A stretch of 14,845 nucleotides of DNA from Archangiaceae bacterium (GTDB lineage: Bacteria; Myxococcota; Myxococcia; Myxococcales; Myxococcaceae): the NCBI GenBank assembly GCA_043750125.1, contig JAYVCD010000368.1:1-14845 (forward strand). Direction: 5' to 3'. The notes under the pieces were generated by a model. It had not been told where the DNA came from and ran no database searches. It saw nothing but the letters and a program-made list of their open reading frames with translations. Below, piece by piece: positions 7,910 to 14,845 of this stretch. Position numbers and translations under genes: made by a program. Positions within the stretch are counted from its first letter, which is position 1. Every line of letters begins with the position of its first letter.

Positions 7910-9174
7910 CGGGCGTCGTCCAGAATGCTCTGTGCCGCCCGGCGCCCCGAGCGGGCTGCAACCGCGGCGCTCATCGGGCCCGTCACTTCCCCCGCGACGA
8001 ACAGGCCCTGGGTCGAAGTGCGGCCCTCGTCGTCGGCCTCGACTGTGAACACCCCCTGAGCTTCGCGCCAGCCGACGTGGGCGCCTCCTTGTCGGGCGAG
8101 CTCGAAGCTGGGCGCCAGCGGAGCGCACACTGCGATCGCGTCGCAATCGAGCTTCACTTCCCGGCCGTTGATCCTCACGGTCACCCCGCTCACCGTCGAC
8201 AGCCCGTGGGCGCTGACCGGGTGCGTTCCCACCGCGACGGCGCTTCCTCCGACGCTCGCGATCAGCGCGGCCAACGCCTGGGCTTCGCCTGGCTCTCCCA
8301 CCACGGCGATCTGTTCCCCCGGCAGCAGCCGATGCTGTCGAATCATTCGGCTCACGGCACGAGCTGCGAAGACCCCGGGCAGATCATTGTTCTCGAAAGT
8401 CGTCAGCTGCGGGTGGCCGCCATTGGCGAGCAGGATCTGCTGCGGGTAAAGCTTGGTCAGCTGCACCCCGTCGCTGACCGCCAGAAACCGGCCTTCGGCG
8501 TCTTCGAACAGCCCGATCACCGTCGAGTCCAACCGCACCCGTTCCGGGGGCGGAACCCAGGCCATTGGATCCCCAGACTCGAGCGGGGCCAGCACCAGGC
8601 GCCCACCCACGAAGGGCTCGCGCTCGATCAACAGGTAGGGGCGGTGGGCTTCCTCGAGAGTCTGGGCGGCCGCGAGCCCGGCGGCTCCGGCTCCGATGAT
8701 CGCCACCTCACACCGCAGCCGCACCGCCATCGGACGGACGGGCGCAGGGGTGTCGGGCAGCTTTCCCAACCCGGCCAGCTGGCGAGCGACCTTCGCCATC
8801 ACCTGTTCAACGATCGGCACCCCCGCGAACATCTCGTGGTGGTTGAGCCCGCGCGGAAACAGCCAATCGGTGATCGCGAACACATCGACCTGCGCGCTCG
8901 GAAACGCGTTCTGCCGTTCCAGCCTCATTCCGGGGTGCACCCGGGTCTGACAGACGGCGATGTTCGGCACCCCGTCGACGCGCATCAAGCAGTGGGCGCA
9001 GGCCCCGGTCATGCAAAACGGGCCGCGGGGGCGGTGGTACTTGATGCTGCGCGAGAAGACCGTCTGCCCCGCGGCGAGCAGGGCACAGGCGGTGTTCTCG
9101 TCTTTACACGCAGAGACCGGCTGCCCGTCCAGCTCGATCAAGACTTGGGTTTCCACGGGTTCGAGGCGGCGCAT
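7906..9174 (-). CDS. [2Fe-2S] (Fer2_4) plus pyridine nucleotide-disulfide oxidoreductase-fold subunit (sarcosine oxidase alpha N-terminal / HcnA+HcnB-like), ~422 aa
   Basis: [32 protein letters not shown]...C (four Cys ligands), [12 protein letters not shown], ERxPFVGG, LANGG....[10 protein letters not shown] and [10 protein letters not shown]. Confidence 0.88.
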   Translation of the reverse strand: MRRLEPVETQVLIELDGQPVSACKDENTACALLAAGQTVFSRSIKYHRPRGPFCMTGACAHCLMRVDGVPNIAVCQTRVHPGMRLERQNAFPSAQVDVFAITDWLFPRGLNHHEMFAGVPIVEQVMAKVARQLAGLGKLPDTPAPVRPMAVRLRCEVAIIGAGAAGLAAAQTLEEAHRPYLLIEREPFVGGRLVLAPLESGDPMAWVPPPERVRLDSTVIGLFEDAEGRFLAVSDGVQLTKLYPQQILLANGGHPQLTTFENNDLPGVFAARAVSRMIRQHRLLPGEQIAVVGEPGEAQALAALIASVGGSAVAVGTHPVSAHGLSTVSGVTVRINGREVKLDCDAIAVCAPLAPSFELARQGGAHVGWREAQGVFTVEADDEGRTSTQGLFVAGEVTGPMSAAVAARSGRRAAQSILDDAR

Positions 9175-9195
9175 CCGCAACGTCTCTTAGGCGAA

Positions 9196-9708
9196 TCAGC
9201 GCTTGTGCATTGGACGAATCAGCGTGTTCTCATCGCCCGCTTCTTCGGCGAGCAAGGTCAGCTTCTGATTGGTTGTCCGCAGCCGGCGTGACAGCTCGCG
9301 GCAGAGGTTCTGCAGCACCATCACGTACCCGGCCACGTCCTCGGTGTAGAGGCGGTACAGCTCTTTGTTCCCCAGTGACAGCAACACCGTCGGCTTCTCG
9401 ACCACCACCGTCGCGGAGCGCTTCATGATGTCGATCAACGTCATCTCGCCGAAAAACTCGCCCGGGCCCATGCGAATCAACTTCGCCCGCCGACCCCCCG
9501 GAATGCTGTCGCGGTACACGACCGCTTCTCCTGAGCGCACCACGAACATCGTTCGGCCCGCGTCACCCTGCTTGCAGACCTCGGCGCCGGGCAGCAATTC
9601 CTTCACGGTCAGCATCGAGATGATCTTCTCGAGCGTTCGGGTCTCGAGCCCGCCGAACAGGGCGATCGAAGGCAGAAACTTGAGCAGGTCGGCAACGTTC
9701 TTCGCCAT
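9196..9708 (-). CDS. Stand-alone cyclic-nucleotide-binding domain protein (CRP-like, no HTH), 170 aa
   Basis: IALFGGL..., QGDAGRTMFVVRSGEAVV, phosphate-binding cassette FFGEMTLIDIMKRSATV, and C-helix LQNLCRELSRRLR. The protein ends before any DNA-binding domain. Confidence 0.9.
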   Translation of the reverse strand: MAKNVADLLKFLPSIALFGGLETRTLEKIISMLTVKELLPGAEVCKQGDAGRTMFVVRSGEAVVYRDSIPGGRRAKLIRMGPGEFFGEMTLIDIMKRSATVVVEKPTVLLSLGNKELYRLYTEDVAGYVMVLQNLCRELSRRLRTTNQKLTLLAEEAGDENTLIRPMHKR

Positions 9709-9709
9709 T

Positions 9710-10879
9710 TTAACGATGCCCTCCCCGGGTCAGCTGGGTAACCGCTTCCCCCAGCCCTTCGAGGGTCAAAGGGTACATCGCGAACACCCTGCGGATCACC
9801 TCGATCGTCGTCTGCCACCACTCGCGGGGGCGCTCGGGGTTGAGCCAGACCGACTGGGGAAACCGTTCGACCAGCCGCATCAGCCAGACCACTCCTTCGG
9901 CATCGTCTTCGGCCCCGGAAGTCCCGGTCAGTTCCCACGGAGCCATCAGCGCGTCGCCCACCACGATCAACTTATAGGTGGGGTTCGTCTCGGCAAACAG
10001 CTGCCCCAGCGAGACCGGATTTCGCAGCTGGGCGGTGCCGTAGACCCGCCCGTAGATGCAGTTGTGGAAGTAGTAGGTGCGCAGCTCTTTGAAGTGGGTC
10101 GCCTTTTTCGCCGCGGTGAACAGCCGCGAGACGGTGTCGGCGTGGGGATCCATCGAGCCGCCCACGTCCATCAACAAGATGACCTTGGTGTTCGATTTGC
10201 GCGGCGGGCGGGTGACGACTTCCAGCTCGCCTAAGTTCCGCGCGGTCTGCTCGATCGTCTCGTCGAGATCCAGCTCGTCGGGCCGGCCTTCTCGCGCGAA
10301 GGCCCGCAACTTTCGAAGAGCGAGCGCCAGCTGCCGCACGTCGAGCACCACGTCGTCCCGGTAATCGCGAAAATGGCGCTCGCCCGCAACAGCGAAGGCC
10401 CTTCGGTTCCCGCCCGGTCCTCCGACGCGAATGCCTTCCCGCGGCGCCCCGCTGTGCCCGAACGGCGACGTCCCGCCAGTGCCGACCCACTTGTTGCCTC
10501 CGTCGTGGCGCTCTTTTTGTTCCTTCAGCCGTTCCGCGAACATCTTTTCCAAGCTCGCCCGATCGAGCTGGTCGAGCAGCGCCAGCTCTTCGGCGGTCAG
10601 GGTCGGGCGCCGGGCCTGGGCGTCTTTGAGCCAGTCGAGCAGCTGCTGCTGAATTTCGTTCGCTGAAATTTCGATGCCCTTGAAGTGCTTCGCGAACGCC
10701 TGGTCGAACGCGTCGAGCTGCGTCTCGCTGTGCACCAGCAGCGACCGCGCCACGTCGTAAAACCCATCGAGGCTGCTGTCGTGCAGCCCCTCTTTGAGCG
10801 CCTGCGCGAGCGCGACCGCTTCCTGTGTTCCCACCGGCACCTTCAGCGCGCGCAGCTCGTACAGGAAGGGAATGAACAT
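9710..10879 (-). CDS. VWA domain (CoxE-like) partner of the MoxR ATPase, 389 aa
   Basis: HDGGNKWVGTGGTSPFGHSG, ELDLDETIEQTARN, MIDAS-like LLMDVGGSMD, YYFHNCIY, IVVGDALMAPWEL and VWLNP. It starts 9 bp after the MoxR stop. Confidence 0.88.
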   Translation of the reverse strand: MFIPFLYELRALKVPVGTQEAVALAQALKEGLHDSSLDGFYDVARSLLVHSETQLDAFDQAFAKHFKGIEISANEIQQQLLDWLKDAQARRPTLTAEELALLDQLDRASLEKMFAERLKEQKERHDGGNKWVGTGGTSPFGHSGAPREGIRVGGPGGNRRAFAVAGERHFRDYRDDVVLDVRQLALALRKLRAFAREGRPDELDLDETIEQTARNLGELEVVTRPPRKSNTKVILLMDVGGSMDPHADTVSRLFTAAKKATHFKELRTYYFHNCIYGRVYGTAQLRNPVSLGQLFAETNPTYKLIVVGDALMAPWELTGTSGAEDDAEGVVWLMRLVERFPQSVWLNPERPREWWQTTIEVIRRVFAMYPLTLEGLGEAVTQLTRGGHR

Positions 10880-10888
10880 GGTCGGCGA

Positions 10889-11716
10889 TCAAGCGCGGCT
10901 GCGTTTGCCTCCGGCGAAGGCTTCGGTGAAGGCCTGCAGATCCTGCTCGCGCTTGAGCAGCGCTCCGAGGAAGGGCAGCTGCTCGTCGAGCTTCAGGCTC
11001 TTGGTTCCGGTGGCCTTCAGCGCCGCCAGCCAGTCGATCAGCTCGGAAGTGCTGGGCCGCTTGCGCAGCCGGGCGAAGCCACGCAGCTCGAAGAAGATCT
11101 GCAGCGCCTGGTCCACCAGTCGGGCGTCGAGATCCGGGTGGTGCACATCGACGATGCGCCGCATCAGCGCCGGGTCGGGAAAATCGATGAAGTGGAAGAC
11201 GCATCGGCGAAGGAAGGCGTCGGGCAGATCTTTTTCGTTGTTGCTGGTGATGATCACCACCGGCCGTTGTGCGGCGACGATCTCTTCGTCGGTCTCGGTA
11301 ATTCGAAAGCTCATCCGGTCGAGCTCGTGGAGCAGATCGTTGGGGAACTCGAGATCGGCCTTGTCGATTTCGTCGATCAGCAGCACCCGCCGCTCTTTCG
11401 ACGCGAAGGCTTCTCCCAGCGGGCCGAGCTTGAGGTACTTCTTGATGTCGCGCACGTCGTGATCGTTGAAGCGCGAGTCGTGCAGACGTTCGACGGCGTC
11501 GTACACGTAGAGCCCGTCTTGGGCCCGACTGGTGCTCTTCACGTGCCAGGTGAGCATCTTCAGATCGAGCGCCTGAGCGATCGCCTGGGCCAGCAGCGTC
11601 TTTCCCGTGCCGGGCTCACCCTTCACCAAAAGGGGCCGCTGCAGCGCCAGCGCGCAGTCCACCGCCGAACGAAGGCCTTCAGAAGTCAGGTACGAATCGG
11701 TGCCTTTGAAGCGCAT
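10889..11716 (-). CDS. MoxR-family AAA+ ATPase (short PA2707/CoxD-like type), 275 aa
   Basis: ATG at 11716 follows an AGGAG SD. Walker A GEPGTGKT, WHVKSTS, Walker B LLIDEIDKADLEFPNDLLHELDRM, sensor-1 ITSNNEK, Arg finger AFLRRC, and KRPSTSELIDW. Confidence 0.93.
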   Translation of the reverse strand: MRFKGTDSYLTSEGLRSAVDCALALQRPLLVKGEPGTGKTLLAQAIAQALDLKMLTWHVKSTSRAQDGLYVYDAVERLHDSRFNDHDVRDIKKYLKLGPLGEAFASKERRVLLIDEIDKADLEFPNDLLHELDRMSFRITETDEEIVAAQRPVVIITSNNEKDLPDAFLRRCVFHFIDFPDPALMRRIVDVHHPDLDARLVDQALQIFFELRGFARLRKRPSTSELIDWLAALKATGTKSLKLDEQLPFLGALLKREQDLQAFTEAFAGGKRSRA

Positions 11717-11742
11717 GCGTGTGTCTCCTACTCGATTTCCGA

Positions 11743-13509
11743 TCAGAGAATCTCCTCCCAACTGGGAGACGCCGCGAACGCGGCACGAATCAACCCCACG
11801 TGCGAGTACGCCTGGGGAAAGTTGCCCCACATCCGCCGGTTCGCCGTCTCGATGTCCTCAGACAGCAAACCCAGCGGCGACATCGCGGCGTGAATGCGGG
11901 CCAGCACGTCGGTGGCATCCTGTTTCCGGCCGATCACCGCCAGCGCCTCGACCAGCCAGAAGGTGCAGATCACGAACGCGACGGTGGGCTGGCCAAACCC
12001 GTCGTCGAGCCGGTAGCGAAACAGCCAACCCTCGTGGCCCAGCCCCTTCCAGATCGCCTCGACGGTGCTGCGCAGCCTTGGGTCATCGGGAGGAAACATG
12101 TGCAGCGGCGCCATCTCGAGCAGCGAGGCATCGAGATTCTTTCCCCCGTAGCTGCCAGCGAAAGACCCAAGCTCTGGGCTCCACGCCCGCTCAATCACCT
12201 GCGCGCTGATCGCGGTCGCTGCGTCGCGAAACTCCTTTTCCTTTCCCGGAAGGTGTCGGGCCGCCACCCGCGCCATGCGATCGGCCGCCGCCCAGCTCAT
12301 CAGGCTCGAGAACGTCTGCGGCTGCCACTCGGTGCGGTATTCCCAGATGCCGGCGTCCGGAGTTCCCGCCAGCGAGATGGCCTTCCTCGCCAACCTTTCC
12401 AACAGCCCCAGGGCGTCGGCCGAGCGCTCGGCCTTGAACCGGTCATCGAGGAACACCGGCGTCAACGCCAACACCATCTCTCCAAAAATGTCGTTCTGCT
12501 GGTGCTTCGCCGCCCCGTTGCCCACCCGAACCGGGCCTTCGCCATTGAAGCCTGGCCAATGGGCGAGGATCTTTTCCTCGAGGTCCAGGCTGCCGTCGAT
12601 GCGGTAGAGCGGGTTGAGCGCCAGCTCAGGGTTGGAAGCGGCAATGTTCAACAGGTAGGTGACGAAGCTCTCGCGCTCTTCGAATCGCCCCAGCATTCGA
12701 AAGGCGCCCAGGGCGTAATAGGCGTCGCGCAGCCAGCAATAGCGGTAGTCCCACGTCCGGCCGCTGCCCGCCGACTCGGGAATCGAAGTGGTCATCGCGG
12801 CGACGATCGCTCCGGTGTCCTCGTAGCAGTGCAGCTTGAGCACCAGCGCCGAACGAATCACTTCCTGCTGAAACAGCGGAGGAATGTCGCAGTCCTTCAC
12901 CCAATTGCCCCAGTACCGCACCGTCTCGTCGAGGAACCGGTGGCACACCGCCGACAAGGACTCTTCGATCGGAGGCCCGTAACTGAAGACGAAGTGCCTC
13001 CGCTCGGACAGCACGAAGGGCTGGCCTTCGAGGTACGACAACGGGATGTCGGTGGTCAGCCGGACCTGGCTTGCGTAGCCCTCGAACCGCACGTGGTGTG
13101 AGCCCTGCGCGCGCTCGGGAACGGCCTTGGACCAGCCCAACTTCGGATCCAGAAAAACAGAGACCCGCGGCGTTCCGGTGATCGGTTCGACGATTCGGAT
13201 CAGCTGGGTGGGCCGGAAGGTCCGGTTGTTCTGCACAAAGCGGGGCGCAAAGTCGATCACCCGAAAGCTGCCGTCCTCGGAAACGAACGTCGTCTCGACC
13301 ACGTTGGTGTTGTCCAGGTAACGCTGAGTCCCCGAAGTAACGTCGGGGGTCCCGATGCGAAACTGGCCGCCGCCCCCCTCGTCGAGCAGGGTAGAAAAGA
13401 TCGGCTCGGAATCGAACCTCGGTAAGCAGCACCACACCACTGAGCCTTTTCGGTCGATCAACGCAGAGAATTGGCAATTGCCGACGAGCGCAAGATCTTC
13501 GAGTCGCAT
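11743..13509 (-). CDS. Glycoside hydrolase family 15 (trehalase/glucoamylase-like), cytoplasmic, ~588 aa
   Basis: LALVGNCQFSALI..GSVVWCCLPRFDS, GAIVAAMTTSIPE..G..RTWDYRYCWLRDAYY, PVRVGNGA..HQQNDIFGE, DAGIWEYR, AFVICTFW and LGLLSEDI...WGNFPQAYSHVGLI. There is no signal peptide. Confidence 0.93.
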   Translation of the reverse strand: MRLEDLALVGNCQFSALIDRKGSVVWCCLPRFDSEPIFSTLLDEGGGGQFRIGTPDVTSGTQRYLDNTNVVETTFVSEDGSFRVIDFAPRFVQNNRTFRPTQLIRIVEPITGTPRVSVFLDPKLGWSKAVPERAQGSHHVRFEGYASQVRLTTDIPLSYLEGQPFVLSERRHFVFSYGPPIEESLSAVCHRFLDETVRYWGNWVKDCDIPPLFQQEVIRSALVLKLHCYEDTGAIVAAMTTSIPESAGSGRTWDYRYCWLRDAYYALGAFRMLGRFEERESFVTYLLNIAASNPELALNPLYRIDGSLDLEEKILAHWPGFNGEGPVRVGNGAAKHQQNDIFGEMVLALTPVFLDDRFKAERSADALGLLERLARKAISLAGTPDAGIWEYRTEWQPQTFSSLMSWAAADRMARVAARHLPGKEKEFRDAATAISAQVIERAWSPELGSFAGSYGGKNLDASLLEMAPLHMFPPDDPRLRSTVEAIWKGLGHEGWLFRYRLDDGFGQPTVAFVICTFWLVEALAVIGRKQDATDVLARIHAAMSPLGLLSEDIETANRRMWGNFPQAYSHVGLIRAAFAASPSWEEIL

Positions 13510-13560
13510 GCAAAGAACGCTAACTGGAATCAATTGCTACACCAATCAATTGAAGATTCT
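13510..13560. promoter_or_regulatory. Compact A/T-rich divergent promoter region with a duplicated AATCAATTG motif
   Basis: AATCAATTG occurs at 13528-13536 and 13544-13552 (16-bp period), and each copy contains the palindrome CAATTG. This is the only non-coding DNA between the two divergent genes. Confidence 0.55.
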
Positions 13561-13569
13561 ATGGACTTC

Positions 13570-14845
13570 ATGTCGCGCGCCTTGAAGTTCGTCGTGGTCC
13601 TGGTGATTGGGCTGGGCCTGCTGACGCTGGGCGCGTCGACGCTGCTCAACAACACCACCCGCAACTGGTTCGGGCGCGATCTCGATCTGCGCGCTGAGCT
13701 GGCGGTCAACGGGGCGCGCCAGGCGTTGCTGCTGCACTGGAAGTCCGGGGGAGGAAAGGCGCTCGAGGCCCTGCTGGTCGAGCTCACCCGGGACGGTCGT
13801 CTGCTCGCGGCCGCGGCCTGTGACGACGATCTGCGGTTGCTGGCCAGGACGCGCGACTTTCCCGAGCAGTTCGAGTGCAAGAAAATCGGAAGCTCGCTGC
13901 GCGTTTCGACCGACGGCGGCCCGGGTGAGTGGGCCAGCTTCAAGACCCGGGCGATGCTGCCCGGCGGCGCGGTGCACGTCAGCGCCATTCCGATCTTCGA
14001 CGAAGACCAGGTGGCTGGCTTTGTCGTGCTCGTCCACGACATGAGCTTCGTCGCCCGACGCGAAGAGAAGACCGACGAGTTTTTACTGATTGGCTTTGCG
14101 ATTCTCGCGCTCGGCGCGTCGATCATCACAGTCATTGCCTCTCGCCTCTCGTGGCGTGGCTGGAGCAACGAGTTGCGCCGCCTGCTCAAAGGCGGAGGGC
14201 CTCCGCCCGAGTTCCAGCCGCTGTTGCAGGACGTGCGTGATCTGGTCGAGCGGATCGCCAGTGAGAAAGAATCTGACGGCCTGGGCGGGCCGTGGACTCC
14301 GCAGCGGCTGAAGTACACCCTCAACCGTCATCTGCATGGCGAGAAGGTCGTCATCCTCGCCAACCGCGAGCCCTACATTCATTCGCGAAACAGCGACGGA
14401 AAGCTGCTCACGGTCCACCCGGCCAGCGGCCTGGTCACTGCCCTTGAGCCGGTGATGCGCGCCTGCTCGGGCACCTGGGTCGCCCACGGCAGCGGCAACG
14501 CCGACAAGGAAATGGCCGACGGACACAGTCGGGTGCGGGTCCCCCCTGGCGAAGAGTCGTACACCATTCGTCGGGTCTGGCTCAGCCCCGAGGAAGAGCG
14601 GGGCTACTACTACGGCTTTTCCAACGAGGGCCTCTGGCCGCTGTGCCACGTCGCCCACACCCGGCCGCTGTTTCGCGGGCAGGACTGGGCTCACTACCAG
14701 GCGGTGAACAAGAAGTTCGCCGATGCGGTGTGTTCGGAAGTCGATTCAGAGGATCCGATCGTCCTCGTTCAGGACTACCACTTCGCCCTCGCCCCCAGGC
14801 TCATTCGCGAGCGCTTGCCACGCGCGACCGTCATCACTTTCTGGC
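13570..14845 (+). CDS. otsA: Trehalose-6-phosphate synthase (GT20) with an N-terminal two-TM periplasmic sensor-like module; 3'-truncated by the window edge
   Basis: Hand translation gives an open frame from ATG 13570 (alternative ATG 13561) to the window end. It is absent from the ORF track because it has no stop in the window. GT20 motifs start at about 14341: VVILANREPYIH, ASGLVTALEPVMRACSGTWVAHGSG, GYYYGFSNEGLWPLCH, YQAVNKKFADAV, VLVQDYHFALAPRLIR. Confidence 0.92.
   Translation, partial: MSRALKFVVVLVIGLGLLTLGASTLLNNTTRNWFGRDLDLRAELAVNGARQALLLHWKSGGGKALEALLVELTRDGRLLAAAACDDDLRLLARTRDFPEQFECKKIGSSLRVSTDGGPGEWASFKTRAMLPGGAVHVSAIPIFDEDQVAGFVVLVHDMSFVARREEKTDEFLLIGFAILALGASIITVIASRLSWRGWSNELRRLLKGGGPPPEFQPLLQDVRDLVERIASEKESDGLGGPWTPQRLKYTLNRHLHGEKVVILANREPYIHSRNSDGKLLTVHPASGLVTALEPVMRACSGTWVAHGSGNADKEMADGHSRVRVPPGEESYTIRRVWLSPEEERGYYYGFSNEGLWPLCHVAHTRPLFRGQDWAHYQAVNKKFADAVCSEVDSEDPIVLVQDYHFALAPRLIRERLPRATVITFW

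Noticed and set aside
7910-8146. 79-aa N-terminal extension of the DAO-family ORF
   Set aside because: It overlaps the upstream gene out of frame and is low-complexity; the ATG at 7909 gives a canonical ATGA coupling.
6896-13101. Long plus-strand ORFs (6896-7894, 7885-9291, 9365-10234, 10685-11893, 11719-13101)
   Set aside because: They are antisense to well-supported minus-strand genes, with the Arg/His/Gly-rich composition typical of non-coding frames.
13525-13538. TGGAATCAATTGCT as a sigma-54 promoter for otsA
   Set aside because: The GG-to-GC spacing is 2 nt too short for a -24/-12 element.
13530-14694. Minus-strand ORFs of 264, 163 and 203 aa offered by the ORF track
   Set aside because: They are antisense shadows of the real plus-strand otsA fusion, which the track missed.
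1-14845. CRISPR arrays, tRNA/rRNA genes, IS elements, prophage or defence genes
   Set aside because: No periodic repeats, structural RNA signatures, or transposase, integrase or nuclease motifs were seen by eye. The MoxR-VWA pair has no adjacent effector-like gene suggesting defence.

Overview
GC-rich bacterial window; the gene content looks myxobacterial (Myxococcota), which is an inference. From left to right it contains: (1) the 3' part of an error-prone DnaE2 polymerase; (2) a convergent GlsB/YeaQ/YmgE stress membrane protein gene with a near-consensus sigma-54 promoter; (3) a cassette of envelope/stress genes (DUF4142, DUF748, peptidoglycan-binding lipoprotein) with a gene remnant on each side; (4) a tightly packed six-gene minus-strand operon encoding a GH15 trehalase-like hydrolase, a MoxR AAA+ ATPase, a VWA/CoxE-like partner, a stand-alone cNMP-binding protein and a two-subunit Fe-S flavoprotein amino-acid/amine dehydrogenase with shifted domain boundaries; (5) a divergent trehalose-6-phosphate synthase, absent from the ORF track because it runs off the window. 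That synthase is fused to an N-terminal TM-periplasmic sensor-TM-HAMP-like receptor module. The best candidate for an undescribed system is this receptor-gated trehalose synthase, head-to-head across a 51-60 bp repeat-containing spacer with a trehalase/amine-dehydrogenase/MoxR-VWA/cNMP operon, forming a possible osmolyte make-or-break switch. All family calls come from motif recognition; no database search was run.
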